Source of the DNA: Amoebidium appalachense
Taxonomy: Eukaryota; Protista; Ichthyosporea
Assembly (NCBI GenBank): GCA_963693365.1
Contig: CAVNZM010000012.1
Location: 9,211,056-9,275,055 of the forward strand
Direction: 5' to 3'
Length of the DNA: 64,000 nucleotides
Shown here in pieces: positions 40,201 through 51,779 of the stretch (its first letter is position 1; the number at the start of each line of letters is the position of its first letter). The notes beneath the pieces are model-generated. The model saw only the letters and a list, made by a program, of their open reading frames with translations. It did not search any database and was not told where the DNA came from. The translations under genes and the position numbers were made by a program.

Positions 40201-40420
40201 TGCCTCGGTTTTTCGCGTAACCGGGGTGTGTGGATGTGTCGACCAATGTAGAGTTGAATTTGTGGTGGTTTTTAAACTGTGTTTCGCAAATCACTGTAAA
40301 CGTGTGGTTGTTTGTCTGTTGTTGTATGTAGCTGATTTTATCGTCGAGTGTCCCGGGGGGGAGGCCCTTTTGGGGGCCCAGTGTCCGAGCATTCCAGAAG
40401 AAGAAGGATAAATTAGGCAT
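37226..40420 (-). CDS. LINE ORF2: apurinic endonuclease + reverse transcriptase (1064 aa)
   Basis: APE motifs WNARTL, CET, VYYPP, ILGDFN, SDH; RT motifs GPDGLP, FRPITL, QSAFR, FIDWKTAYDSV, GLLQGSLLSPFLF, YADDL, YKYLG. Confidence 0.96.
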   Translation of the reverse strand: MPNLSFFFWNARTLGPQKGLPPGTLDDKISYIQQQTNNHTFTVICETQFKNHHKFNSTLVDTSTHPGYAKNRGIIVLAAPHVRVKCKPVAKTEFSVSIEFLSNVFTFVYYPPSMSVVELTHELSQLPMSTVILGDFNTRLHHTDTLQVSVGYPSKPPERAIPLARYVQSHTLRFPQISHAHNTDWGVAFWPSTMSKLSLPPNLSRSSDHSPILFLPKISLDLLPPPPPTFRLRLSQLKSQWGRVDVCVCYATKHPIYMRLLESAQARPDSHLVLDTCTNFIVDDLIDLGDYAGGGRKEYPDALLLPNTTPARLGEPLSQKESLRRLASMNRFGPPARIIGDTTGDPLIDSDKYFSELFKDRTPAQKPIVWPVDPSIPIESILPFFSPDAIWSVISSYSSSKSCGPDGLPAGFLKILVPSYPQKESDRAIKPDLTIMLSSLFSWCVKCGHVPSSWLDTLVIPIVKKDSEGPISSFRPITLTQVVRRFFEACLLRLFAHHPRFQSILHIHPCQSAFRKNNSCYVQIMALHDSMQVGAQYVGFIDWKTAYDSVSPGLLWEKLAARGVPHCIGVLLEALLSQTYGRAVVNGHLSYGFARTRGLLQGSLLSPFLFNLFIDDLAVKIYAENDDPINNFPPALLYADDLSLLARTPRRLQRLFDVVSEWCKANLMILNIDKCGVLVPDIANNLHTFTLSSKPVPIVPEYKYLGVPVDSVGVMFPHMVEKRVELARKRLAFFSANIFKDTPLHPSIRLTFIRTFVFPACEYGLPLLAAWIKKERTRALKPLANFLEAEVASFLSNNCCKPGPVTLSIYGLVPIAARVSYLALKFNKHISRLKKYLPSHPLFSIRPVPSSPLPSFLPSLSPSPLGTNTNKPRNSVCVTLDCHLLIKHVHNHKIITQYNKWKKIPHDTRPDESIHLEKLSLMSRFIYTDRLNHIAKYGTRKCITPKYILPSCRTGLSLADGIIDQLPRFYCTRAIQWRSNKYKVASFACPNNTHTHQFNRSCIAKCSLIDHIIPQHTHVTFTTDTQKDSLPVNYNILDFILNTRNYDLFIRCIDWLEKHITTKL

Positions 40421-41597
40421 CGGTTTGGTCCGACACCTGTGGGGTTGGTTCCCACTTGTCGCTTACGGGGTCGTATGCACGACCTTCCGCCAGCGCGAAC
40501 AGTTCGCAGAAGAGCTCGATTTCCATCTCGCATCGGCGTTTGCGCTCGAGCAGTTTCTCACCAGAAAACATTGGTTCCTTCGTGTCCGTGTCTATCACGC
40601 TCGTAGCATCGTTTTCCAACTTTGCGAGGAACTCTTTTGCCTTGCTGATGCGTACACGACAACGTGTGGCGCACGCATTCTTAGCAGACACTTTACGTTC
40701 TTTGTCTGCTTTCTGAATGTTTTCCGGCGCGCATGGGTCGTAGCTTGGGAGGTGGGTGAAGAAGCTTCCACACCCCTTTGTCGCGTCACGGATGAACGCA
40801 CGGTTATAGTCGCCCCGTACTGCTACTTCCAGCACATCGTATCCAATGAAGGACAGACAAAGGATGCGAGAGCACCGGAAGCCGAGAGCCTTGAAGATGG
40901 ACCACATGGCCCTGTGTGGGCGTCTGCCGTGCTTGACTTTGAAATACACCCTCTCGTATTTGGGTGGGATGTTGATGTTACCGTTTGCTTGGGTGTTCCC
41001 CTTAGCCGGCGGTTTGGGAGGGGAGTTGCGGCGGTACTCGTTGCCTGCAAGAATGCTGGCATATGTTTCCTTGGCAATTTGGCGGAGCTCGGGTGTTTTA
41101 CGAGAGTTCGCATATTCTAGGAACTCTGCCGGGAGCTGTGCTTCCGGTCCTGTGTTGTTTTGTGTTGGGGTGGAAATGTCTCCGTCGCGAGATGTTTGCT
41201 CATGAGTTTTGGGGTTTTGCGATCCACTAATGTTTAGCTGGGCTGTGAGTGAATCAATGGTGAGCTTGAGTTGGGTATTTTCTGTTTGGAGTTTTTCTAT
41301 CATGTTCTTGAGTGGTAACAGCTCATTTAGCTGTTTCTTAACGAGGGCAAGTTCTGCCAGTACTGTATCAACCGAAAGTTTCGGCATGGTTGTTATTGTG
41401 TTTCTACGGAGTGGTGTGGTGTTATTCTGAATGGGTAGTGTATTGTAAATAGGTGTTGCGCTTAGTCTAAGGCGATGTTTTTCTGGTTGTGCATCTGTGG
41501 TAGGTGTATCTGCTGGACGTTTTAATGGTCGCACATGTGTGATGGGTGTAGATGGAACTTTGAAAGAGGTTCTGAAACGATTATAGGCATGTGCCAT
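40413..41597 (-). CDS. LINE ORF1 (394 aa; coiled coil plus putative RNA-binding domain)
   Basis: Heptad segment LAELALVKKQLNEL...LTAQL; located upstream of and overlapping the ORF2 start (ATGCCTAA). Confidence 0.88.
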   Translation of the reverse strand: MAHAYNRFRTSFKVPSTPITHVRPLKRPADTPTTDAQPEKHRLRLSATPIYNTLPIQNNTTPLRRNTITTMPKLSVDTVLAELALVKKQLNELLPLKNMIEKLQTENTQLKLTIDSLTAQLNISGSQNPKTHEQTSRDGDISTPTQNNTGPEAQLPAEFLEYANSRKTPELRQIAKETYASILAGNEYRRNSPPKPPAKGNTQANGNINIPPKYERVYFKVKHGRRPHRAMWSIFKALGFRCSRILCLSFIGYDVLEVAVRGDYNRAFIRDATKGCGSFFTHLPSYDPCAPENIQKADKERKVSAKNACATRCRVRISKAKEFLAKLENDATSVIDTDTKEPMFSGEKLLERKRRCEMEIELFCELFALAEGRAYDPVSDKWEPTPQVSDQTDA

Positions 41598-42230
41598 GAC
41601 ATGGATGGGGGTGTTCCCCGGCCCTTAGGGCCACGGATGGCCTGGTTTAGGGGTGGATGCGCGAAGGATACTATTTATTAGCAGATAATAAAGAGCGACA
41701 TTTGAATCGATGTGTGCGACTGAATCGATCTTTTTCATTAAGTAAATGAATGAAAACATAACACGAACTGAGAAGATCTTACAATATGTAAATACTACGT
41801 ATTATAACATCCCCACTTAAGACTTTGAAGTTTGTGTTATCATATCCCCACTGAACTAGTGAAATCTCCCCACTTGAGAACAGAAACGGAAAAAAAAATT
41901 AAAGTTTGGACTTTTCCTGGGGGGGGGGGGGGGGGGGAGGGAGGGGGGGGAGGGGGGGGGGGGGGGGGGGGGGGGAAGGGGGGGGGAAGGGGGGGGGGGG
42001 GGGGGGGAAGGAACCGGGGCAAAAAAAAACAACAAATATATATAACGTGTATAGTCGGGGTTTGTTTAACTGGGTTTTAAACCAGTGAAAGATAGAGTAG
42101 AGTGATGGTACAGGTCAAACCTTATATATAAACCCTAAGTGGGCATACCCACAAAGGCAATACATATGAAATAATGATTATGATAAAGTAAGTAGTAAAC
42201 ATTAGAAAATCACTCTTGAAGTAGGTCGGG

Positions 42231-45200
42231 TCAATCCACAATATCCGGTAAACAAAGTCGAGCACGATGGTGGACATGACTCGGGCCGGGGAGGGGTTTG
42301 GTGAGGATGTCAGCTAAGTTGTGGGCTGACTCAACGTAGTGGACAACCACGTCCCCACTGGCAATGTAGTCCTTGGTGTTGTGATACCGGACGGCAATGT
42401 GTTTGGTACGGTGCTTGATGCCGGTGGAGTTGACGATGGCAATGGTCGACTGGTTGTCACAGTACACCGGAGTCGGAGCAAGCATGGGACAGCCGAGTTC
42501 CTTGAAGAGGTCACGGACCCAAGCAACTTCTTGGGTGCCAGCATTGAGAGCAATCAGCTCAGCTTCAGTGGTGCTGGTGGCCGTGATGGGCTGGAGCTTG
42601 GAGTACCAGATGATGGGCATACCAGCAAACACGATAATGTAGCCGGTGGTAGACTTCTTGCTGTCGGCACAACCAGCAAAGTCAGCATCCGTGTAGCATT
42701 CGAGTATGGGGGACTGGGTGGCCGAGTACTTGTAGTCAATGCCAAGGTCAATGGTGCCGAGCAGGTACCGGGCCACACGACGGAGAAGGTCCCAGTGAGT
42801 CTTGCCGGGGTTGGTGCTGAACCGACCAAGGAAGCCGATGGCATAGGCAATGTCGGGACGTGTGCACCGTGCCACCCAGAGGAGACGGCCGAGTAACTCA
42901 CGGTAGGGTACGGTGAACGGTTGGGGGGGGCAATCAGCCAGGGAGACGGTGGTGCCTGCAGGGATGGGGGTAGACTTGGACTTGGCATCGGTGAGGTTGA
43001 AGTCGTGGATGATATCCATGATGTAAGACCTCTGGTGCATGTGGAGGTGATGGGGATCAGAGTGATTAAAATCAACACCGAGCATACGGTCAAATGGACT
43101 CATACGACAGCTGGCCATCTTGCTGATGTGGGCAGCCAGGTCACTGGCAGCAGTAGAACCCCGGGTGTTGGTGATGGTGGAGTCGTCGACGTAGTTACCA
43201 GCCCGAACCACATCGTTGTTGGGGAAGAACCGGAGGTAGATGCACGGGTCGGTCTTAGTACGGGTCAGGCCATGGGCAAGAAGAATGCCGTCGAGGAAGT
43301 CGTACCAAGCCTTGGAGGCTTGCTTGAGGCCGTACAGGGCTTTCTTGAGTCTCCAGACCTTGCCAAGTGTGGCCATGGTGATGAATCCCGGGGGTTGTTT
43401 CATGTAGATGGTCTCGGTGAGTGGGCTGTTGAGAAAGGCCGTAGACACGTCGAGTTGATGGATGTCATGGCCTTCAACAACGGCCAGAGCTAGGATGGCA
43501 CGGAGAGCAGCCGGACGGATGACAGGGCTCTCAATCAACTCATAGTCAACACCGTATTGCTGACTGAAACCTTGAGCAACACCACGTGCCTTGATCTTGG
43601 TGTCTCCAGCCGAGTTGAGAGTTTTCTCGGAGACAATCCACTTGAAGCCGACGATGTTAGCACCAGGGGGAGGGTCAACAAGTTCAAAGATGTCTTTGTC
43701 GACGAAGGCTTGATATTCAGCAGTCAGGGCTGACTTGACCTGGTCACCATTGGGTCCGGAACACAGTTGACGGACAAGTTTGGGTAGTTGGTCGATGTTG
43801 ATGGGGGGGCCGGGGGGGACTGGGAGGGTGGTGGTGGCTTGAAGTCCAACCTTGCCCTGTAGACGGGCAGAACGACGGGGTGCAGGAACCGGGGTAGGTG
43901 GAGATGGTGGGGGGGGAACTTGGAAGTTCGGAAGTGCAGGGGGGGCAACCTCCGGGCTGGACGGGGCCGAGTGGAAGTTGTCGGGGGAGCCGGGTCGGAT
44001 GGGTGTGACGTTACCAGGGGCAGGATGAGGGTCGGCAGGCTGGACGGGCACGGGGGCAGGGGGGCCGGTGGGGGGGGGGGTGTCGGGGGAACTACAATGG
44101 CAGGAGGGGGGCCAGAGTACACCAGACAAACATCATCTTCAGTGTCAACTGTGGGGGGTGGGGTGGTCGAGGTAGCAGTGGTGTCGGGGGTCGGAAATGT
44201 TGATGGAATGTCGGACGGGAGATAAGCTGATTCGTCGAAAATCACATCACGGAAGAGGCCGACACGATGGGTGGTGGGATTGAAGATCCGGTGGCAGTGT
44301 GATTGAAGATCATAGCCGATATACATGCCGAGGTTGACGGTGGGGGCCAGCTTGTTCCGTTTAGAAGCTGGCACGTGAGTGTAGGCAGGGCAACCGAACA
44401 CTTTGAGCTCGGAGATGTCGGGCTTGACACCGTAGAAAACCTCGAATGGTGTATGACCATTGGCAGTCGTGGACGGGGTGACGTTGATGATGTAGGCGGC
44501 ATGTTGGAGGGCCTCAGCCCACAGTTTGGGGGACAGAGACTGATCTTGGACTTGATGGAGGAGGCAACGGACAATCTCTTGGAGGAACCGCATACGACGT
44601 TCAACATAGCCGTTCAGTTGAGGGCAGTCCACCGGAGCATAGCTGGCCTTGATGCCCTGGGAGAGGCAAAAAGCACGGGTAGCCTTGGAGGTGAACTCAG
44701 AGCCGGAGTCGAAGTGGTAAATACCAACTTTGGAGGGGGCATGGGTGGCAACGAGGTTGGTGTGAGCTGTGAGAATGTCCAGGGTGGTGGTACGGTCGGC
44801 CATCGGGTAGATCTTGACGAGGCCAGAGGCACGGCAGACAGTAACGAGAGCAACCTTGGAACCTCCGTACGATGTTGTGGTAGGCTCAAAAAAATCCCAA
44901 TGCCATTCATGACCGGGGATGTTGGAGTGAGGACGGTCACCCTTGAACGGAGCCTTGGTGGTTTTACCCATAATGCAGCCATGACAATCAGGAACATCAC
45001 AGTCGAGGACAGAGGAGGGGAGACCAATAACAAGGTCGTGTTTCACCATGTCCTTGATGCTGGTCATAGCACGGTGCCCCAGACGATGGTGCCAGATGGA
45101 TGGGTTAACACTGGTAGTGGCAGCCAGAGCCACAGGACGAGTGGGTGGTTGAATGGTGTAGTCCTTGAAGTAATACAGACCGTTGTGTAGACGGAGGTTG

Positions 45201-46556
45201 ACGAGATGACGGCCGGTAAGTCGGTCGAAGAGGAATGACGGAGTGGAGGCATCGTTCAAATCACCCTTGATGTATTAGGCAGCAGCTTGGGATGTTGAAA
45301 TGAGGAAGGCTTGGCCAGACGGAGTGTAGTAGGCTTCAATGGTAAGGGTGGCAGTGCCATGGTCGGTGGTGGTGTTGATGACGATATGGCCGGTGTGAGT
45401 GGCCAAGACGGGGGTGCCATTGAAGGCAGCAACGGGAGTCGGTGTCGGAAGGGGAGTGAGATCATGGAAGAACTCACGGGTGGGGCAGACAGTCATGTTG
45501 CACCCGGAATCCCAGGCAGGGTCGGAGGACACGGGGACGGAGCTAGCATTGTATGCCGAGAAAGCAAAGGAGACAGATTTCTCACTGCCTTGACGGGAAC
45601 GGTTGTGTCTGGACATACGGCATTTCGGCTCAGGGCAATCGATGATCGTGTGATCAGGCTCGTGGCAGTAGGAGCATGCTTTCACGGACGGGGTGTTAGA
45701 ACGAGCCGGGGAATCAGAACGACGGGAACCCGAGAAACGGGAACGGCTGGGGGAACGAGACGTGGACCGGAAGGCAGGCCGGTGTGGGGAACGGGAGCGG
45801 GTGGGCTGACGGGAGAGACGAGTTCGGAGGTCCGTACCGGGGGTACGGTCAAGTCGGTTGCGTAAGTCACGGCGAGGAAGATCACGGGGGGGAGCACTGG
45901 CATTTAATGCCATGCTGGACTTGGGGGCACGGTGGGCACGGTTGCTCCGGAGTTGCATCTTGAGGTCTTGACGTAACTCGATGCCCTTGACGTGGTTGTG
46001 GAGGGACTCGAAGTCGGGGAATAGCTTATCACCGAAGTGATAGTCTTCGATAAGGCGGTTGAACTCAGGGGTGAGGTCGTCTCTGGTGGTGAGTTCATTG
46101 AAGAACTTCTCAGCTAGACGAGTGAAGTGAATGGACTCATCTTGGAGGGACTGGAGCTGGTTCACGATGGTCTGCAGACGGCTCAGGTAGGTGGTGAATG
46201 ATTCACCGGGCTGAAGGGCACAGGCATCCCACTGACGGTGAAGGATGCGGATCTGATCGGGTTTGCCTTGGAGATAGTGTTGACGGAATTTCCACATGGC
46301 CCGTTCAGGGTCCATGCCAATACGGTACTGGGCAACGGTGGTGAGGACGGAAGGGTCGATGTTCTGTATCATATGGAGCAGGAGGCAATTGCGGGCCTCC
46401 TTGAGTTCCGCGGTAGTGCCGTAGCCATAGAAGGGGGGTTCACCGTCAACCGCGACGGTGGTAGGGGGGACGTAGTTGTCAGCAAGTACAACATCCACGA
46501 GCCGGACACCTTTAGTGCCGGTCATCATGCCGAGAAAAATGATTTCCCATTGAAAA
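42231..46556 (-). pseudogene. copia B2 gag-pol
   Basis: Same motifs as B1; premature TAA at 45275 (GAA in B1), frame break in the G11 run near 44075, N-terminus deleted. Confidence 0.92.
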
Positions 46557-47925
46557 TGAGACACAGACACACACAGACACACACAACAACAAAACACGGA
46601 ACGATCGGAGCAGTGTACACAACAGACATCAATGTTTAGACACGACTGAACTCAATTTATTTTGATCGCTAATAAATACCTGAAATTCCCTTAAGTTAAA
46701 TCCATACATGATTTCCGACCAGTCGGAAATCAGATCTATGTCTAAAATAACCAATCACAATTAACTGATTATTTCCCGGATAGATCCGGAGACACAGGAA
46801 CGCACACCATAGGTCACAGCTATAAGAAAGAAAAGAGGTGAAGAGTAACGAGGAAAGAGGTGATGTTTCTAACCTATCATCGGCTACAAAGACTCAGACA
46901 TTTTCTGACTAAGTCCACTGATTGGATATAGTACGGCAACACACAAAACAAAAGTGGTTGACTAAGCTATGAATCATACCTGACAAGCTAAAGTGTAACC
47001 TAAGTGTTTTTCTACCAATCAAAACATAACGAGTAATATAAATCTACTCAACGTATATTAGTGAGAGAGAAATATAATTATGTGAAAGGAAACAAGAGAA
47101 GAAAGAAAGAGAAAAGAAAGAAGAAGAAAGAGGAAAAAGAAAAGAAAGCAGGACAGAAAACACGAACAGCAAAACACAGTTATAACCGAAGATATTCATG
47201 TACACATAACATGTACACGTTTCTCCCTCACTGGGTAGACTCGTGTACCTATAATCAGTTGCTGTAATCGATATCTAAACACACGAATATAGCCGACACA
47301 ACACGATTACAAGTACTCAAATACACTGGAGATCGATGTCATAATTTACGTACAAGGAGCACATCTTTTTCATTAAGTAAATGAATGAAAACATAACACG
47401 AACTGAGAAGATCTTACAATATGTAAATACTACGTATTATAACACTCCTGTGTGACGTCCTTGTTTGCACCGATTGCAACGGTAATGGTAAATTTGTCAG
47501 CGGGAGGCTTGGGCTTGCGAGATGCAGGGAAGGTAGGAACAACAGTATACCGGCCGGGGGGCACCTTGAAGGTAACCAGGCCGTTGGCATTCGTTGCGCT
47601 GGTGGCAACCACGACACTCTGGGCATTGACAAGGAGCACAGTAATGCGGCTGTACGGCCGGTTGCTGTCGTCCTTAAGGATGATGTTGATGGTTCCCAAA
47701 TCAAGGTCTGTGGAAATGAGGGTGTAAGTATATAATCATGAATGATGCAAAACATAGACAGAGAGACGTGTAGCAACACTGGGGAATGCTCTACCAAAAG
47801 AGCATGTATGGTCCCTGCAGATATCGATCTGCGATGTAGCCATGCATCCATGTAACGAACAAGGCGGAGGAGAGGAGGAGAGGAAGGGAGGGTGGGAGGG
47901 GGAGGGGGGGCATAGATTTGTTTAC

Positions 47926-48838
47926 CTGCAGGGTCGGGGGCACCAGCGGCAAAGTAGATAAAGGAGCCCTCAGTGGGGCCAGCAAGGTTGCAGGTAGCAA
48001 ACAGGCCACAGCGGCGGGTGGACGTGTGGAAGGTGGTGTAGCGGCAGCCAATGGTGCGGCCACATTCGGCCCGGCATGCAGACACATCGGCAACCACACC
48101 CACATTCTTGAGCACGGATGAGTAGTCACAGCTGCGGGGTACCTGGTATTGCTCCATCTGGTAGTCCACGGCTGGAAAGCAAGTGTGTTCGTGAGCTAAG
48201 ATGCCGGAAAGCAACAACCCAAACTATTTAAACCACTATCACAAATGAAACAGGATAAGGGCCACACATTTCAAAGACAAGCCCATAGAGTTTTATGATT
48301 TTCGGTGTCAACCTTCATCTCTGAGTATCGTGAGGGAAGAAGGGGGTAAACTTACGCCTGGGTGCAGGGGCGCCGTTGATGTAGAAGATGGCAGTGTTAT
48401 CAGCGTTGGGGTCCAAATCGCACACGTTGAACAGCCCACATTGCCCCGTGACGCGGTTAAACGTAGCATAGCGGCAGTCCCTGGTGCTTGCACATGCAAG
48501 CCTGCAAGCCTGTGCATCCGCCACCTTCTGAGGATACCCCTGCAGAGTGTTTCTCGAATCACACCCACCATTGAGTTGGTTGGGCATGGCATAGTCAGGC
48601 TCTGGGGCCGCACCGATGTGCTGGATGGTGGCGCGTTCCACTGCGGGGATAAGTGTGCACTCGTTGAAGAAACTGCAACGGCCAGACGGGAAGAATGTGA
48701 TGTAGCGGCAGTTGCTTGTGTTGCCACAGCGCAGACGACAGGCTGCAATGCCATCGACTTGTACAGAGATGATCGACCGTGCAGAGTCGCACTGGCGGAA
48801 CTCAGCACCCAGACCAACGTCAATCATCGAATAGTCGG
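47926..48838 (-). CDS. Two exons encoding three PAN/Apple-like domains
   Basis: Repeated C...ACRxxC...CRYxTF...CxLFxxC pattern; exons of 246 and 483 nt, both phase 1-1. Confidence 0.8.
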
Positions 48839-49154
48839 CTAAAGGGGAGGAATAGAGTGTTAGTGAATAGAGTGTTAGTGATGAAAATGATAGTGATATG
48901 AAAACGATCAAGGAGACATAGAAGATGTAGGAACGTAAGTGAACACACGTGCACTACCACACGTGCACTACCACGATACACACGAAACAACTTGTGTAGT
49001 GTGCAACTTAAGAAACAAATTGTGACAAATTGTGTAGCATGTGTAGAAACAAATTGAGAAACAAATTGTGTAGCATGTGTAGCATGTAACTCGTGCATGT
49101 CTGCATACGTACCTATCAAGGGCGTTAACGAGAATGAGCAAAAAAAACACTTAC

Positions 49155-50088
49155 TCGGTGCGGGGGGCGGTGGGGGCACGTAGTTAGGGTTGCGGTAGAC
49201 GGTGTTGCGCCAGCCACCACCGCACACGAAGGCATTGTTTCCGGCACAGCGTGTGGAGCAGTCACCGGGTGCGTTTCCATACTTTCCGTAGCTGTTGCCG
49301 CAGAAACACTCAACCCCTATCTGCATGCCGAAGTATTGGTAGTCCAGGCAGAAATCCTGGCACATGGCGGGTGTCAACTGCGGGTTGTTGGTGAACTTCC
49401 CGTTGAGATCACGCTCGCCGGCCTGGTCAACAAAACAACCAATGAAGTTGGGGCCTGGGGGCCAAAAGGGAAAGGTTGGGTTAGAATGGTAAGCCCAAGT
49501 GAAAGAATCAAGATCTCTAAAACTTGCATCTACAAAGGCCTAAGTGAACGGGTGGAGCCAGGGGAAATGGCAGGCAGGAAAGGGGTGGGGGTGGGTGGGT
49601 GGTGGTGGTGGTGGTCGTTGTGGGGGGAGGGGGAGAAGGAAAGAAGCCGGCACGTCGCATACAAACAAACAGAGGCAGCAAAAAAAGCAAGAAGCATATG
49701 TAGTGTGTAACTTAAAGAAACAGTTACATGCATGTCTGCATACGTACCTATCAAGGGCGTTAACGAGAATGAGCAAAAAAACACTTACCCGGTGCGGGGA
49801 GCGGTGGGGGCACGTAGTTAGGGTTGCGGTAGACGGTGTTGCGCCAGCCACCACCGCACACGAAGGCATTGTTTCCGGCACAGCGTGTGGAGCAGTCACC
49901 GGGTGCGTTTCCATACTTTCCGTAGCTGTTGCCGCAGAAACACTCAACCCCTATCTGCATGCCGAAGTATTGGTAGTCCCGGCAGAAATCCTGGCACAGG
50001 GCAGGTGTCAACTGCGGGTTGTTGGTGAACTTCCCGTTGAGATCACGCTCGCCGGCCTGGTCAACAAAACAACCAATGAAGTTGGGGC
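49155..50088 (-). CDS. Two tandem near-identical 300-nt exons, each a WSC domain
   Basis: FIGCFVD...LTPAMCQDFC..YQYFGMQIGVECFCGN...DCSTRCAGN...CGG...VY; 634-bp duplicated unit. Confidence 0.9.
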
Positions 50089-51533
50089 CTGGGGGCCAAA
50101 AGGGAAAGGTTGGGTTAGAATGGTAAGCCCACGTGAAAGAAGCAAGATCTCTAAAATTTTACACCTTTACACTTAAAGGCGTAAGTGAACGGGTGGAGCC
50201 AGGGGAAATGGCAGGCAGGAAAGGGGTGGGGGTGGGTGGGTGGTGGTGGTGGTGGTGGTGATAGTTGGGGGGGGGGGGGGGGGGGGGGAAGGAAAGAAGC
50301 CAGCACGTCTCATACAAACAAACAGAGCAGCAAAAAAAGCAAGAAGCATTCACACACTTACCATTCTCTGCCGGTGGTGGAGGGGGTGGCGGTGGAGGGG
50401 GTGGGCCGATGCATCTGTTCTGGCCGGGGTCATATCTCGATCCCCAGTCACAGCACGTGCAGTACCCACAGCCGCGGATATCTTGCACACAATTTTTGCC
50501 GTCTGAACCTGTATGCCCACACAGACAGGCAGATTCGAAGTCAGCTTGTGTCTAAAACGTTTGGTATGAACCTAGGCTGTTGTCGGTACAGGTCATGCAC
50601 ACACAGGTAAACTTTAAAATGTAAGATGGCGTCCGAGCGCTCTTGGCATGTGCGCATACGGGCATCGGGGGAAACGACTGAATATTGGTGTTCTCAAACC
50701 GTCCAGAATAAAACGTCCCCTTTTAGTAGTAACAAACCTCTTCTTGACAATAATAGTGGTGCACTGAGTTGACATTCCCAGCTGCCAGGGATTTCAGTTA
50801 CGCGGTTGCAGGGTGCACTTACCACAAGTCTTTTTGCAGATGGCTGGCTTCAGCAGGCCATGACCCTGTGCTTGCACAGCCAAGGTGGCCACAAGGGCAG
50901 CGCCCAAGAGCAGGGAAGAAACTCTGCCCTTTCGACCCATTTTTTTCCGGCAAAACGTACAAGTGTGTCAACAGAAGCGGGCCGCTGCATGCTTATAATT
51001 TGTAGGAAGAATGCGTGGTATGTATGGCGGCGGGGTTTTGTGCCGTGTATATATGTCACCAGCTGCATTTGATTGGCTGCGCTGGAAAACGTAGTAGGCC
51101 GTCGAGTGAGGCTGGGCCTCAGACACTGTCATCCACGGCAATAAATATGCCGGGCGAGCGGCGTGCCTGAGTAAGACAATTTACCCCCCTCTGCTTTTTT
51201 TGCAAGCCAATCGCTTATACATTCCATAGCACCCGCCCTATTCATTGATCAAACTTCCTTTCTACCAGCCAAGAGATGGGTTCATGTAGAGCCTTATTAT
51301 ATGATATCAAAATTGTTTGGGATCCATAGCCATATGTAATATCACAAATCAATTCACATGTATTTACAATATATGGCTCGAAATACGAACAATACCGTCG
51401 TTTCGTCTACTTTCAACGTTTCACTCTAAGGCATTCCTACCCCAGGTGGGGAATCTCAAAGCACATTCCATTTCGCATAATTTTTTTCAACAATTGACAT
51501 TTCGAATAAAGTTTTTCAATTATATGTATAAAA

Positions 51534-51747
51534 GGGGTTTACGCTGTTTACTCGAGGCAAAGAGAGACCAGTCTCAGGTATGGGGGGTTTTTGCTCGGAA
51601 TATCCCCTCAGCGGTATATCATGATCACGTACATAGATGTCGGGTGATGACTATATATCAGGGTTTACTTTCTCTACGAGACACCATAAAGACTAAGAAA
51701 ATCAGTTAGTTGGGGTTCCCCGTTTTTTTTTGTTTTTTGTTTCTTTT
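51534..51747 (-). mobile_element. Short copy of the LINE's 3'-terminal segment
   Basis: Closely matches 36894-37110, with the same terminus (GTAAACCCC on minus) and an adjacent A-rich run. Confidence 0.85.
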
Positions 51748-51779
51748 GGGGGGGGGGGGGGGGGGGGGGGGGGTTCAAC

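Larger units (their letters stand above)
36894..41727 (-). mobile_element. Full-length non-LTR retrotransposon (APE-type LINE)
   Basis: 10-bp TSD ATCTTTTTCA 36884-36893 / 41728-41737 (empty site visible at ~47363); two intact ORFs; A40 run at 37090-37129. Confidence 0.94.
36031..47444 (-). mobile_element. Ty1/copia family B element copy 2, with a LINE nested in its 3' LTR
   Basis: TSD CTCCT 36026-36030 / 47445-47449; 3' LTR 36031-36893 + 41738-41809; 5' LTR ~46572-47444. PBS, U5 end and gag start are deleted at ~46557. Confidence 0.93.
33101..50551 (-). pseudogene. Host gene 1: modular extracellular protein (Cys/Pro-rich - WSC x2 - PAN/Apple x3 - Cna-B/SdrD-B-like x4), disrupted
   Basis: GT-AG exons 50362-50551, 49789-50088, 49155-49454, 48356-48838, 47926-48171, 47445-47707 joined to 35728-36025, 33784-34101, 33101-33380. 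Copia B2 sits inside an exon and there is a frameshift near 33230. Gene ends not determined. Confidence 0.8.

Noticed and set aside
41598-41727. HDV-like ribozyme in the LINE 5' UTR
   Set aside because: Hairpins are present (GGCCC-TAA-GGGCC) but I could not build the nested double pseudoknot by eye.
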